This document shows positions 28,596-38,572 of a stretch of DNA of 64,000 nt, piece after piece. The DNA is taken from positions 6,523-70,522 of the forward strand of contig CAYQPO010000005.1 of the NCBI GenBank assembly GCA_964420015.1, given 5' to 3'. Positions within the stretch are counted from its first letter, which is position 1, and the number at the start of each line of letters is the position of its first letter. The position numbers and the translations under genes were made by a program. The notes beneath the pieces were generated by a model that was given only the letters and a program-made list of their open reading frames with translations, had not been told where the DNA came from and did no database searches. The DNA comes from an uncultured Candidatus Saccharibacteria bacterium. GTDB lineage: Bacteria; Patescibacteriota; Minisyncoccia; Phycocordibacterales; SBAW01.

Positions 28596-29062
28596 ATCCG
28601 AAACCCGAAGCACGAAATCCGAAACAAATTTTAAATGGAAAAAATCAAAAATAAAAAACGCTACGACTTAGAGGACAGGACGCGTGCGTTTGCCCGAGAT
28701 GTACGATTGTTTGTAAGGTCGTTACCCAAAAACCAGGCCAACTTTGAAGATAGCAAGCAACTCGTGCGCTCTTCTGGTTCAGTTGGGGCAAATTACATAG
28801 AGGCAAACGAATCATTGAGTAAAAAAGATTTTCTGCTGCGTATTCGTATTGCTCGTAAAGAAGCCAAAGAGAGCCAATACTGGCTCGAGCTCCTCGACGC
28901 GACTGGGGCCGAAGAGACATGCAAAAGGCTAGCCCAAGAAGCAAAAGAACTTATGATGATACTGAGTGCGATTATGCGGAAGTCAGAATGACTATATGTT
29001 TACTCTTTTGAATTTTCGGATTTGTCTGTTGTTTCGGATTTCGAATTTCGTGCTTCGTGCTT
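28595..29062. repeat. inverted, internally tandem repeats flanking the four-helix-bundle gene
   Basis: Left ...CGAAGCACGAAATCCGAAAC; right GTTTCGGATTTCGAATTTCGTGCTTCG. Confidence 0.75.
28635..28991 (+). CDS. four helix bundle protein (IVS-protein/TIGR02436-like)
   Basis: QLVRSSGSVGANYIEA, RIARKEAKESQYWL. Confidence 0.92.
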   Translation: MEKIKNKKRYDLEDRTRAFARDVRLFVRSLPKNQANFEDSKQLVRSSGSVGANYIEANESLSKKDFLLRIRIARKEAKESQYWLELLDATGAEETCKRLAQEAKELMMILSAIMRKSE

Positions 29063-29070
29063 AATCATCT

Positions 29071-29937
29071 ATGGAATATTTAATCCACATCGCGATTTTG
29101 GTTTGCATATACGGCTTACTCGGCCTCTCGCTCAACTTGGTGATGGGGGAGGCGGGCCTGGTCTCGGTTGCACACGCAGCGTTTTTTGGGATTGGGGCCT
29201 ATGGGGCGGCACTCCTCATCACCGACTTTGGGGTCAACTTCTTTCTAGCGCTCTTGTTTGGCATGGCACTGAGCGCTGCAGCGGCGCTGGTCATCGGGCT
29301 CGTGCTCTCGCGCTTTAGAGGTGACTTCTACGTGCTTGGCACGGTGGGCTTCAACATTATTGTCTGGAGCATCATGCTCAACTGGCAAGGCGTTACGCAC
29401 GGCCCATTGGGCATCCCCGGCATCGCGCGGCCCGAAATATTTGGATTTGTCTTTGGAGAAAATCTCCACTTCCTCGTGTTGGCCGCGGCGTTTTTGGCGC
29501 TTACCTACGGCGTGTGTGTTTTTATCACCCGCTCGTCGTTTGGTCGCGTACTCAACGCCATCCGCGAAGACGAGGAGGCTATCTCAGTATTCGGCTATGC
29601 CACTGCGCACTACAAACTGCTGATCTTCTGCATCAGCGCGGCGCTCGCGGCGGTCGCCGGAGCGCTCTTTGCCAGCTACATCACCTTTATCGACCCCTCG
29701 AGCTTTACGCTCAACGAGTCAATTTTCATCCTCTCAATCGTCATCTTGGGCGGCTTGGGGAGCAGCCGCGGCGCGCTTTTGGGCGGACTCTTTTTGATCG
29801 TGTTGCCGGAGGCGCTGCGTTTTGTCGGCTTCCCCCCAGACATCGCGGCGCAAATGCGCCAGCTGGTCTATGGTTTAATTTTGATTCTCCTCATGCTCTA
29901 TCGGCCCCAAGGGTTGTTGGGTACGTTTAGGTTGTGA
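29071..29937 (+). CDS. livM: branched-chain amino acid ABC permease, LivM-like
   Basis: HAAFFGIGAY, THGPLGI, AIREDE, ILGGLGS, RPQGLLG. Confidence 0.88.
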   Translation: MEYLIHIAILVCIYGLLGLSLNLVMGEAGLVSVAHAAFFGIGAYGAALLITDFGVNFFLALLFGMALSAAAALVIGLVLSRFRGDFYVLGTVGFNIIVWSIMLNWQGVTHGPLGIPGIARPEIFGFVFGENLHFLVLAAAFLALTYGVCVFITRSSFGRVLNAIREDEEAISVFGYATAHYKLLIFCISAALAAVAGALFASYITFIDPSSFTLNESIFILSIVILGGLGSSRGALLGGLFLIVLPEALRFVGFPPDIAAQMRQLVYGLILILLMLYRPQGLLGTFRL

Positions 29938-30008
29938 TTGGACTTTTTAATCTTTTGTGTTATTCTGCTAAGCAGCAATAGTGCCATCCAAACAGGAGGA
30001 GGTTCGAG

Positions 30009-30725
30009 ATGTTGCAAGACATCTTTTGGGCCGCCCTGCACTGGACGGCTGAGTATCAAAATTGGGACTGGGGCATTTACAGCCTCAACATCGCGCTCAT
30101 GATCGTGTTTACCTACGTCGAGACCTGGGGGATCATCCGCCAAGGCCGCACGATCTATGAAAAGCGCAGCACAGAAGCGGTGGAGAGCGAATTGTTTTTC
30201 TACTGCTTCTTCTACTTCTTGCTCTGCGGGCTCTACGGGGTGCGGTTGCATGGCGTGGTGATCGTGCTCAACTCGATCATCACCGCGATTGCACAGCTCT
30301 ACGTACTGCGTGCCATTCTCCACTTCCGCCCCTTTAGCGAGCGAGAGCGGCGGATCGGTTCGGTGTACGCGCTCATCCCCGGCCTACAACTCTGGGGGAT
30401 GTCCGGAGGCTTTGATGGTTGGGTGTACATCGTCTTTGCCATCGGGATGTGGTGGGCACTCTTCGAACAGTTGCGCAAACTCTGGGCAGAGTGGGTGGTG
30501 GGCGCGGTAGAGGTCAAACTCTATTTCGTCTATTTAGGCACCTGTTTTGTCTGGGCGGCGTACGCGTTCTACATCGGTGACACGTTCTTCGAGACCTCGA
30601 TGGTTGGCGCTACGGTGATTATTGCGTCGATCATCTTGCTGTGGTTCGCGATTCTTGCCGGAGCGCCTAAACCGCGCTTGCCCGCTCGGATACGCAAGCG
30701 GCTCGATGAGATCCTGATGCGTTGA
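30009..30725 (+). CDS. multi-pass membrane protein, possibly PQ-loop/SWEET-like
   Basis: About 7 TM helices with two similar repeats; AGGAGGAGG SD; terminator at 30745-30772. Confidence 0.6.
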   Translation: MLQDIFWAALHWTAEYQNWDWGIYSLNIALMIVFTYVETWGIIRQGRTIYEKRSTEAVESELFFYCFFYFLLCGLYGVRLHGVVIVLNSIITAIAQLYVLRAILHFRPFSERERRIGSVYALIPGLQLWGMSGGFDGWVYIVFAIGMWWALFEQLRKLWAEWVVGAVEVKLYFVYLGTCFVWAAYAFYIGDTFFETSMVGATVIIASIILLWFAILAGAPKPRLPARIRKRLDEILMR

Positions 30726-30780
30726 ACTACGAAGAAGTTTCGAGAGGCCCCGCCAAGTCGGCGGGGCCTTTTGGTTTTAA

Positions 30781-31593
30781 TTAGGTTTTTATCTCGTTGG
30801 GAATAACAAAATGCTTACTGAGCCGTTTGCGGAGGCGGAGTGCCTTTTTGGCATTGCGTTCGAGTTTAAATTTGTACCGATGCGGCTGGGCAAGAGCCTG
30901 GGCGACTCGGTGCGCAAGTTCTGTGTGATCTTTTGATTCCCTGTAAGCTTTGTGCACAGATTCAAATAGCTTCTCGTCTATCTTGCCATTGAGGACATAG
31001 TCACCAAAAACAGAGGTGTTATCCAAGTCAGAAAAGAAAGAGACTTTTTCAAAATTAATCTGAAATGCCCCGCCTCCATATGTCCGAGCAAAAGATTTAT
31101 CGAGAGTGGTTGGGTAGCCGATTGTATAAAACATCGGTATCTTGTGTCGCTTAACATAAGCAAAAAAATCTTCCTCGCTCTTTCTGCGATCGGGTATGTG
31201 GATCCAAAACTCGTGCGGATTGTAACAAAAAAGACCTGTGCGCTTTGATTCGTGCTCGAGCAAAAATGCGTAGTGCTTCCACAGCTTATCCATCTGCGCA
31301 GCAGAACCGACTTCAAACGCAACACTTTCACCCTCTTTAAGTTCCAGGCCGGCATAAGTACCCAAGAGGTCCGAAACATTTTTTCTCCATTCGGTATTTA
31401 TTGAAAAGATGCCTCTCGAGCGGATCACAACGTCGGCCGCTTGGAGCCTGTCCAGAGCTTTGTAGAGCCCGGACGTGCTCAAGTTTAGACCTTGAGCTCT
31501 CAGAATGTTTTGTAATTCTCTGGCCGTTGTAGGCTCCTCAAGTAAGGTCTCGATGATGCGATCCGGGGTTTTTGGATTAGGCGTATGTAACAT
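30781..31593 (-). CDS. TrmB-like winged-helix regulator (5), divergent
   Basis: N-terminal HTH (LSTSGLYKALDRL); size and context match the other paralogues. Confidence 0.65.
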   Translation of the reverse strand: MLHTPNPKTPDRIIETLLEEPTTARELQNILRAQGLNLSTSGLYKALDRLQAADVVIRSRGIFSINTEWRKNVSDLLGTYAGLELKEGESVAFEVGSAAQMDKLWKHYAFLLEHESKRTGLFCYNPHEFWIHIPDRRKSEEDFFAYVKRHKIPMFYTIGYPTTLDKSFARTYGGGAFQINFEKVSFFSDLDNTSVFGDYVLNGKIDEKLFESVHKAYRESKDHTELAHRVAQALAQPHRYKFKLERNAKKALRLRKRLSKHFVIPNEIKT

Positions 31594-31676
31594 ACTTTTC
31601 TACTAAAAGTAGAATTAGTGGTCACAATACGACAAAAAATAGCATGGCGCAAGGGCCCTCTCTACTATGGCCCTGC

Positions 31677-32810
31677 ATGAACAGAAATACCTTAATTCTT
31701 GGCCTTATTGGGGTGGCGACCGTCGGCGCTGTCGCGTGGCTACTGTTATCTCATGTCGGCCCACTGAGGACCCAAACAGCCTCTGTAGGCACTGCCGAGC
31801 CAATTAAAGTTGCGGCGCTTCTTTCATTGACCGGAGTTGCGCCGGCGTGGGGCGAGAACGCACGGCGAGCTATCGAGCTCGCCGTAGAGGAAACAAATGC
31901 AGCAGGCGGTATTAATGGCCGACCGGTTGAGATGTTGTATGAAGACACCGGCGCCGACCCTAAGAAAGCAGTCTCAGCGTATCAACTCGTAACCTCGGTT
32001 GATAAGGTGGCCGCGGTCATTGGGCCCCTGCAACAAACCGAAGATGTCGCGGTCATGCCGGTCATAGCAGAGACTGGTACGCCAACCATTGTGCCTGGCT
32101 ACATACCGCTTCAAAATCGCTCCAACGTGGACAATCCTCTGTTGATTTGGATGGACGCGCAAGTTGAGGCGGCGCGCGTGGCGCAGTACATGTATGGCCA
32201 GGGGATCCACACAGTTGGTGTCGTGGGGACACTCGACAGTTGGGAGACTACCGTGTCGGACGCATTTGTTGACGCGTTTAAAACTGCAGGCGGGACAGTC
32301 ACTGAGGTTGAGATCGTACAGCCAAACTCAAACGACATCCGACTGCCAGTGACAAAAATTGTCGCCACTAAACCACAAGCAATATTTCTGGGTACGTACT
32401 ACCAGTTTGTTAATGCAACGAAAGAGCTTCACGACTTCGAGTATACAGGGCAACTCTATAGTATTGAGGTTGATAATTATCTGGCTGCTCAGAGTGTTGG
32501 TTGGGTGAGGGATATAAAGTTTATAGCGCCGGATTATTACACTACTGACTTTGTAAAAAAGTTTAAAACAAAATATGCTGCCGCACCCGGACTTCCTGCT
32601 GGGCAAGCCTATGATGCGGCAAATCTCCTCTTCTCACTATTAAAAAAGAGCACCAACAAAAATGACGTTCTCAACGAGATGAAGAACTTCAAGCAATATG
32701 ACGGCGTCTCCGGAGAGTTGACTGTGGCAACCGACGGACGCACCGCCCTACCTACCGCTTTGTTCGAACTCAAAGCGGGAGAGGTGGTCAGAGTATCTGC
32801 CTTGCCGTAG
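31677..32810 (+). CDS. LivJ/LivK-like ABC substrate-binding protein (3)
   Basis: IKVAALLSLTG, NAAGGINGR, AYDA, GVSG. Confidence 0.88.
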   Translation: MNRNTLILGLIGVATVGAVAWLLLSHVGPLRTQTASVGTAEPIKVAALLSLTGVAPAWGENARRAIELAVEETNAAGGINGRPVEMLYEDTGADPKKAVSAYQLVTSVDKVAAVIGPLQQTEDVAVMPVIAETGTPTIVPGYIPLQNRSNVDNPLLIWMDAQVEAARVAQYMYGQGIHTVGVVGTLDSWETTVSDAFVDAFKTAGGTVTEVEIVQPNSNDIRLPVTKIVATKPQAIFLGTYYQFVNATKELHDFEYTGQLYSIEVDNYLAAQSVGWVRDIKFIAPDYYTTDFVKKFKTKYAAAPGLPAGQAYDAANLLFSLLKKSTNKNDVLNEMKNFKQYDGVSGELTVATDGRTALPTALFELKAGEVVRVSALP

Positions 32811-32842
32811 AGAAGATCCTAGCTCAAACAGAGGAGAGTTCC

Positions 32843-33214
32843 TTGAGACACAAGCTGCAAGAAAAGAGCGTTGTAGACCGCGTACTAGCGTGCCTAATTC
32901 CGACCTGTGGAGCAATCGCCCTCATTTCGATCTTACTCGGTACCTACGAACAGAGTGGATCAACACGCTCCCTACTATGCATTATTACTGTTCTCTCTTT
33001 ACTTCCCCCGGGCGTGCTCGGGTATGGGTGCATATTGGGGCGACTGCATAACTGGATGGACAAGTCACGATGGAGGAGTGTGCTTGTAGAAGCCGCGCTG
33101 CTACTTGCAATTATCTCCCTTGGTGGACTACTCATTTGGTGGTTTGACATCGCAAACCCGCCAAGACTATGCCACCTCCAAGGCCCCGCGTACGCGGGGC
33201 CTTTTTGTTTTTAA
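32843..33214 (+). CDS. orphan 3-TM membrane protein
   Basis: AGGAG SD; hydrophobic helices; its 3' end runs through the hairpin at 33181-33202. Confidence 0.55.
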   Translation: MRHKLQEKSVVDRVLACLIPTCGAIALISILLGTYEQSGSTRSLLCIITVLSLLPPGVLGYGCILGRLHNWMDKSRWRSVLVEAALLLAIISLGGLLIWWFDIANPPRLCHLQGPAYAGPFCF

Positions 33215-33235
33215 TGGTTGTGTTATTGTTGCGGC

Positions 33236-34381
33236 ATGAAGAAAAACTTTTGGATAGGTGGTGTCGTCATAATTATTTTGATAGCCGGCGGGTATTTTTT
33301 GTTTAACAAATCACGGCAAGCAAATGGAGAGGCCATAAAAATTGGCACCATTTTTGCTCAGAGCGGAGATGCGGCGTATTGGGGTGTTGATGAGGAGCGC
33401 GCAGTAGAGCTGGCGGTAGATGATGCAGACGCGAACGGTGGTATCAACGGCAAACCAATTCAAATTGTTGCAGAAGATGCTCCGGCTATAGACTCGATCC
33501 AAAAAGCGGTGAGTGGGATCCAAAAGCTCATCAACGTGGACCATGTCGTCGCGGTCTTGGGCCCTACTTGGGATGACAACGCGCAAGCGGTAGCACCTTT
33601 GGCAGACCGATTTAAAACCGTGATGATTAGCGCATCGGCCTCCGCTTCAGCAGAGCAGAAAGAGGATTACAAATTCTTTTTCTCTACCAATTTGCCTGAG
33701 CAGTCTGAGATCGAACGCATAACACAATACGCACAAGAAAAAGGATACACAAAAGTGGCGGTCATCAACACGAGCGACACTTTTAGTTTGCTCTACGGCG
33801 ACAGCTTTGCAAAACATGGCGCGAGTCATAGAATAACGGTGGCCAAACATATCATTATTAATGACACGAGCCCTAAGGATTTTCGGACATATATTGCAAC
33901 GCTGAAAGATGCGCAGATCGACGCGGTATACGTAGTGCTCGACGATGAAGGTTCGAAGTGCCCCTTCCTCGAGCAAGCCAGAGAGCTCGGATTGAATAAG
34001 CCGATACTGAGTAGCATCTCGACGCAGAGCCCCGACTCGCTGCAAAAGTGCGGCTCAGTCATGAGTCAGGTGAGTTACACCTATCAAAAGCAGGGACCGG
34101 AGTACGACGCGCTCATTAAAAAGTACGAGGCAAAATATCATGCCGAACCGAGCGGCCCTGCGATCACCGAAGCGTATGATGCGGCAAACATTCTCATTAC
34201 CCAAATGCGGGCGGGCAATCTCTCTGGCGAGCAACTGCGAAGCGGGATCGCCGCTATGAAAAATTTCTCTGGGGTAACCGGCTCGGGGATGAATTGGGAC
34301 GCAATAGGACACATCACACTCCCTGCAAGCGACTTCAACATTAAAACGGTTAAAGACGGACAGTTCGTGGTGGTCGAATAG
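33236..34381 (+). CDS. LivJ/LivK-like ABC substrate-binding protein (4)
   Basis: IKIGTI, NGGINGK, DFRTYI, AYDA. Confidence 0.88.
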   Translation: MKKNFWIGGVVIIILIAGGYFLFNKSRQANGEAIKIGTIFAQSGDAAYWGVDEERAVELAVDDADANGGINGKPIQIVAEDAPAIDSIQKAVSGIQKLINVDHVVAVLGPTWDDNAQAVAPLADRFKTVMISASASASAEQKEDYKFFFSTNLPEQSEIERITQYAQEKGYTKVAVINTSDTFSLLYGDSFAKHGASHRITVAKHIIINDTSPKDFRTYIATLKDAQIDAVYVVLDDEGSKCPFLEQARELGLNKPILSSISTQSPDSLQKCGSVMSQVSYTYQKQGPEYDALIKKYEAKYHAEPSGPAITEAYDAANILITQMRAGNLSGEQLRSGIAAMKNFSGVTGSGMNWDAIGHITLPASDFNIKTVKDGQFVVVE

Positions 34382-34463
34382 TACACAAATTGGGTGTTAT
34401 TCACGTCGCGTAGGGCCTTGCGTTACAATGTTTCATAAAAGGCTACTATGCTATAATCGCCTC

Positions 34464-34658
34464 ATGGCAATAGACTGGACAAACATACAGAGAAAATACA
34501 AGGGCCTTTGGGTGGCTTTGGCTGATGACGAAACGACGGTTTTGTCTGCCGGTAAAACCTTGAAAGAAGCTCAAAAGGCAGCGGCCAAGAAGGGGCATCA
34601 AGACCCCATCTTTGCGCGCATGCCGGAGAGTCTGGCAACCTACGTCGGCGCATTCTAA
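34464..34658 (+). CDS. DUF5678-like small protein
   Basis: KYKGLWVAL...VLSAGKTLKEA pattern. Confidence 0.75.
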   Translation: MAIDWTNIQRKYKGLWVALADDETTVLSAGKTLKEAQKAAAKKGHQDPIFARMPESLATYVGAF

Positions 34659-34666
34659 AAACGCCA

Positions 34667-35065
34667 ATGAAGTTCCGTTACAAGAAGTACGGTACTGCAC
34701 TTCGCCCAGTAATAGAAATTCGATTAAAAAATAAAGAGCAATCGATCCGCTACGAAGTCCTCGTGGACTCAGGAGCGGACATTTGCATATTTGACGAAGA
34801 AGTTGGCCAAGCTTTGGGTATAGATGTACACAAGGGAGTGGCAAAAGAAGTATTCGGCGTGGGAGGAAAATCTTCGGTCTTTTACCTCCATCCTATTACT
34901 ATTGAAGTCGGCGGGTGGTCGTATGATATAAAAGCGGGCTTCATGGCGAAAGTCAGCGGCTACACGACTCCTTACGGCATTGTAGGACAGGAGGGATTTT
35001 TTGATATCTTTACTGTTAAGTTCGATCTATTAAAAACAGAGATCGAAATAAAGAAAAGAGGCTAA
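34667..35065 (+). CDS. retropepsin-like aspartyl protease
   Basis: LVDSGAD catalytic motif and GIVGQEGFF. Confidence 0.8.
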   Translation: MKFRYKKYGTALRPVIEIRLKNKEQSIRYEVLVDSGADICIFDEEVGQALGIDVHKGVAKEVFGVGGKSSVFYLHPITIEVGGWSYDIKAGFMAKVSGYTTPYGIVGQEGFFDIFTVKFDLLKTEIEIKKRG

Positions 35066-35066
35066 C

Positions 35067-35801
35067 ATGGCAGCACTCGCCACTAAACAACTTACGAAAA
35101 CTTTCGGTGGGGTGCACGCGGTCGATCATGTCGATGTGCACTTTGAGCAAGGCAAAATCACTGCGCTCATCGGTCCCAACGGCTCGGGCAAAACCACACT
35201 CATCAACACCATCACTGGCATGCTGCCGATCGACGGCGGCGCGGTCGTGGTCGGCGAACGAGTTACTCTTAAGCGCATCCGCCGCGCCGAGGTGGCAAAC
35301 TACGGCATGACGCGCACGTTTCAAAACGTGCGCTTGATTGGCCAGCTCAGTGTGCTCGACAATTTGCTTTTGGTGCTCACCGAGCGCAACGTGTGGGGTG
35401 CCTTGTTTGAGCGACACTCCAAACTACACCTCGCTCAAGCCGAAGAGATTTTGAAAAAAGTGGGCTTGTGGGAGAAGCGTGCTGCGCACGCCGAAAATCT
35501 CTCCTATGGCCAACGCAAACTGCTTGAAATTGCCCGCGCGGTTGCAACGGGCGCAGACGTCTACTTTTTTGACGAGCCATTTGCGGGGCTCTTTACCGAG
35601 ATGCGCAAAATAGTTTCTGACATTTTGGTTGAACTCAAAATGGGTGGCGCGGCGGTAGTGCTGGTCGAACACGACATGGCACTCGTGCGCGAGTTGGCCG
35701 ACACCTGCTACGTACTCGACTCCGGCCACGTGCTCGCCCACGGAGAGCCCGAAGAGGTACTCAAACAAGAGTCCGTAGTCGAGGCTTATTTGGGCAAGTA
35801 G
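35067..35801 (+). CDS. livG: ABC ATP-binding protein, LivG-like
   Basis: GPNGSGKT, RTFQ, LSYGQRKLLEIARA, DEPFAG, VEHD. Confidence 0.88.
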   Translation: MAALATKQLTKTFGGVHAVDHVDVHFEQGKITALIGPNGSGKTTLINTITGMLPIDGGAVVVGERVTLKRIRRAEVANYGMTRTFQNVRLIGQLSVLDNLLLVLTERNVWGALFERHSKLHLAQAEEILKKVGLWEKRAAHAENLSYGQRKLLEIARAVATGADVYFFDEPFAGLFTEMRKIVSDILVELKMGGAAVVLVEHDMALVRELADTCYVLDSGHVLAHGEPEEVLKQESVVEAYLGK

Positions 35802-36589
35802 CTTTGTTCCAAAAATTTGCGCGGCTCAACTTTCGTTGAAACTGTTTTTAGAAACTCGAACAGCGTCTTAAACATCAGCAGCATCTCGGCATCTTTGAGC
35901 TCGACCGCGACCTCGTCGACAAAGTGCAGCACGAGCACGCGGTCGCGAAAGATGAGTATCTCCGCATGCGAGGGCATAAACTCCTCGGGGATAAGATACA
36001 CCACGTTGAGCCTATCAACATAACTCTCGGCCCACTCTTTGCCCCAATAGGGGACGAGGTTTTTAAAATAATTTTCAGAGATAAACGACTCACCAATAAT
36101 TTCTTTTTCTTTAAGCAAGCGATTGATCTTGAGCACGTTTTTAAATCCAACCTTTTCCATCCAACCGTCATCGACATTAGCTCCTTGGTAGATGATAAAA
36201 CGCTCATGTGGATTGAGGTCGAGCGCTCGAAACACTATCTGCTGGAGTGCTTTCGCACCGCGATGCACGGTAACACTGCTTTCGTCGGTGTGTTTTATTT
36301 CAAATTTAGTGGCATCTTTAATGCCTTCGAGCTCATTGATCGCAGCGCTCAACACCGCAGCCGCACTGGCGGAGTCTGCGCGCATCCATACCGTTTTTCC
36401 ATTACGGACTTTTTTCTGCGCGAGCGCGCGTTCGCACAAGTGCTCAAACGCCAAATAGGCGCTCGCATTCGGGACGCCTGCGGCGCGCACTATCGCGCTT
36501 GGTAGTTGCGGCTTGCTAGTGAGCACACCGAGTACATTTGCTTCGTGTGGCGCAAGACGAAGGACTTTGGAGAGGGTGGAGGAGCGCAT
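35786..36589 (-). CDS. TrmB-family transcriptional regulator (6)
   Basis: N-terminal HTH, VHRGAKAL linker, IFRDRVLV; start moved to ATG 36589. Confidence 0.75.
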   Translation of the reverse strand: MRSSTLSKVLRLAPHEANVLGVLTSKPQLPSAIVRAAGVPNASAYLAFEHLCERALAQKKVRNGKTVWMRADSASAAAVLSAAINELEGIKDATKFEIKHTDESSVTVHRGAKALQQIVFRALDLNPHERFIIYQGANVDDGWMEKVGFKNVLKINRLLKEKEIIGESFISENYFKNLVPYWGKEWAESYVDRLNVVYLIPEEFMPSHAEILIFRDRVLVLHFVDEVAVELKDAEMLLMFKTLFEFLKTVSTKVEPRKFLEQSYLPK

Positions 36590-36717
36590 GTTTTTATCGG
36601 TTCTTATGATAATTCTATAGGGTAATTTTAGCAAGCATTTGCAAGCTCAAAACCAAAAACGGGCTCCCAAAATAAGCTCCAATAGCTGAGTCTAGCCAGA
36701 GAGCGTACCGTAGAGGC

Positions 36718-37707
36718 ATGCAAAAGTTGTATGCGCTTATAGCAGTGGTCCTTATAGCAGCCGCAGTTTATGCCTGGGCAAGTCGCCCTGTGCCTAACCA
36801 TGAACCGATCAGAATTGGGGTAATCGCGCCGCTCACCGACGCGTTTGCGCAGTATGGCGAAGAGGTGCGCAAGGGTATTTTCGCGGCCGAGGGCAGCTCG
36901 AGCGTGCAGTTTATATTTGAGGACGAAAAATGCGATGCCAAGACAGCTGTCTCGGCGTTTCAAAAACTTACGAGCGTTGATGGCGTCAAATTCATTATCG
37001 GCCCCGGCTGCGGCAGCCCACAAGAGGCCATCGTGCCGCTTTTACAAAACGCGGGTGTGGTTGTGCTTGCACCCTCGGCCGCTTCGAGAGATCTGTACCA
37101 AAAAAGTGGCGGATACTTTTTTGATATTCAATATTCGCTCGAAGATGAGTCGAGGTTTGTTGCGCAGCAAATGTACGCTCGCGGATATAAAAAAGTTGCG
37201 CTGATCACCTATGCAAACTCTTTCTCCGACGCGCATGCAAAAAGTTTTCGCGCCAATTTCAAAGGCTCGATTGTGATTGATGAGCGCATGCTCCAAGACA
37301 GCGCCGACCTGCTGCCGCTACTGACCAAAATTAAAGCAGCGGGCGTTGATGCAATTTATGCTCCAGACATCAGTTTTTTCTTCAGCAACGCTGAGGCGAA
37401 GATGGCGCAGCTTGCTTTGCACCTGCCCGTCTTTAGCACTTATGTAGCCGAGCTCCCCGGGGTGCGCCCCTTGGTCGAAGGAGTCATCTACTCATTCCCG
37501 GCCAATCTTCCTGGCTCTGAAGGAGGCGTCTACGCACTCTCTAAAGCAGCAGCAGAAGTATTAGCTCCCGCAGTGGTTGAATGCAAAGAAAATGCTGAGT
37601 GCGTAAAGCAAAAACTCCTAAGCTCAGGCCAGTTCGACCAATTTGGTGTCGCCAAACGCGAGCTTATTCTCAAAAAAATTGAAGCCGGCCAAGTGGTCAA
37701 ATTGTAA
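36718..37707 (+). CDS. LivJ/LivK-like ABC substrate-binding protein (5)
   Basis: IRIGVIAPLT, EDEKC...GPGC. Confidence 0.85.
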   Translation: MQKLYALIAVVLIAAAVYAWASRPVPNHEPIRIGVIAPLTDAFAQYGEEVRKGIFAAEGSSSVQFIFEDEKCDAKTAVSAFQKLTSVDGVKFIIGPGCGSPQEAIVPLLQNAGVVVLAPSAASRDLYQKSGGYFFDIQYSLEDESRFVAQQMYARGYKKVALITYANSFSDAHAKSFRANFKGSIVIDERMLQDSADLLPLLTKIKAAGVDAIYAPDISFFFSNAEAKMAQLALHLPVFSTYVAELPGVRPLVEGVIYSFPANLPGSEGGVYALSKAAAEVLAPAVVECKENAECVKQKLLSSGQFDQFGVAKRELILKKIEAGQVVKL

Positions 37708-38475
37708 TTACTCACTCGAAACACTCCACAGCGCTTTAAAGAACTCGCGGTACCCATCCGCGATTTCTTTGTTGGTCAGCGCAAAGCACAGCGGCTGCTC
37801 ACCAAAGACGTTGTAGACGATCGAGTCGTGCCAAATGCCAATGTCGACTGCGCCAGTGCCGAGGCCAGGAAAAGTTTTATAACTCCACAGCGCGCGTTGC
37901 TTACTCATTTTCTCGAACGTCTTGCGCCGCGCCTCGGTTGAGATCACGCGGATCTCGATCTTGCGCTCAAGGCGAATACGCTCAAACTCGTCGGCCTCGT
38001 GCCCAAGCACTGTCATGTACTCTTCGCCCAACCCAGTGACCACATCGATGCGCGAACCTTGGGGCACGCGCCGAAGCATCTCGAGCTCGTGGCCAACGAG
38101 TGCCGCCGCGCCCTGATAAATTTCAAAACTCTGCGGGCTCACCCCCACAAATCTATTTTGCAACTCACGCACAATTGCCTGGGCAGCAAGCTTCTTCTCA
38201 TCAACCAGCGAGACAATCCGCTGGGGCGCATTGACTGAGAACTTTTTACGCCCGCCTTGTATTACATGCTGAGTAAGTCCGAGCCCCTCAAGCCGAGCGA
38301 GCGCGGCATACACAAACTGCCCATGGAGCCCCGTTGCCCTAATAAGGTTGGTGGTGCCGGTATTGGGCCGGGGGAGCAAGGCCAAGTAGACTCGAGCCTC
38401 TTTATCGCCCAACCCTAACTCGCTCAGCTTTTTGAGCAGGTCTTGATTTTCAGTTTTATCAATAGTTTTTGACAT
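37708..38475 (-). CDS. TrmB-family transcriptional regulator (7)
   Basis: LGLGDKEARVYLALL HTH; YQG linker; FFKALW terminus. Confidence 0.85.
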   Translation of the reverse strand: MSKTIDKTENQDLLKKLSELGLGDKEARVYLALLPRPNTGTTNLIRATGLHGQFVYAALARLEGLGLTQHVIQGGRKKFSVNAPQRIVSLVDEKKLAAQAIVRELQNRFVGVSPQSFEIYQGAAALVGHELEMLRRVPQGSRIDVVTGLGEEYMTVLGHEADEFERIRLERKIEIRVISTEARRKTFEKMSKQRALWSYKTFPGLGTGAVDIGIWHDSIVYNVFGEQPLCFALTNKEIADGYREFFKALWSVSSE

Positions 38476-38572
38476 AGAGTGATAAAAGCCTTATTAAGTA
38501 TAGCTTTTATATCACTTTAACATCATCAAAAGTTTTTGACAATAGGTTAATATTATAATACACTTTTTGTAT

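Noticed and set aside
28635-28991. Diversity-generating retroelement (Avd-like gene)
   Set aside because: No reverse transcriptase and no TR/VR repeat pair seen in the window.
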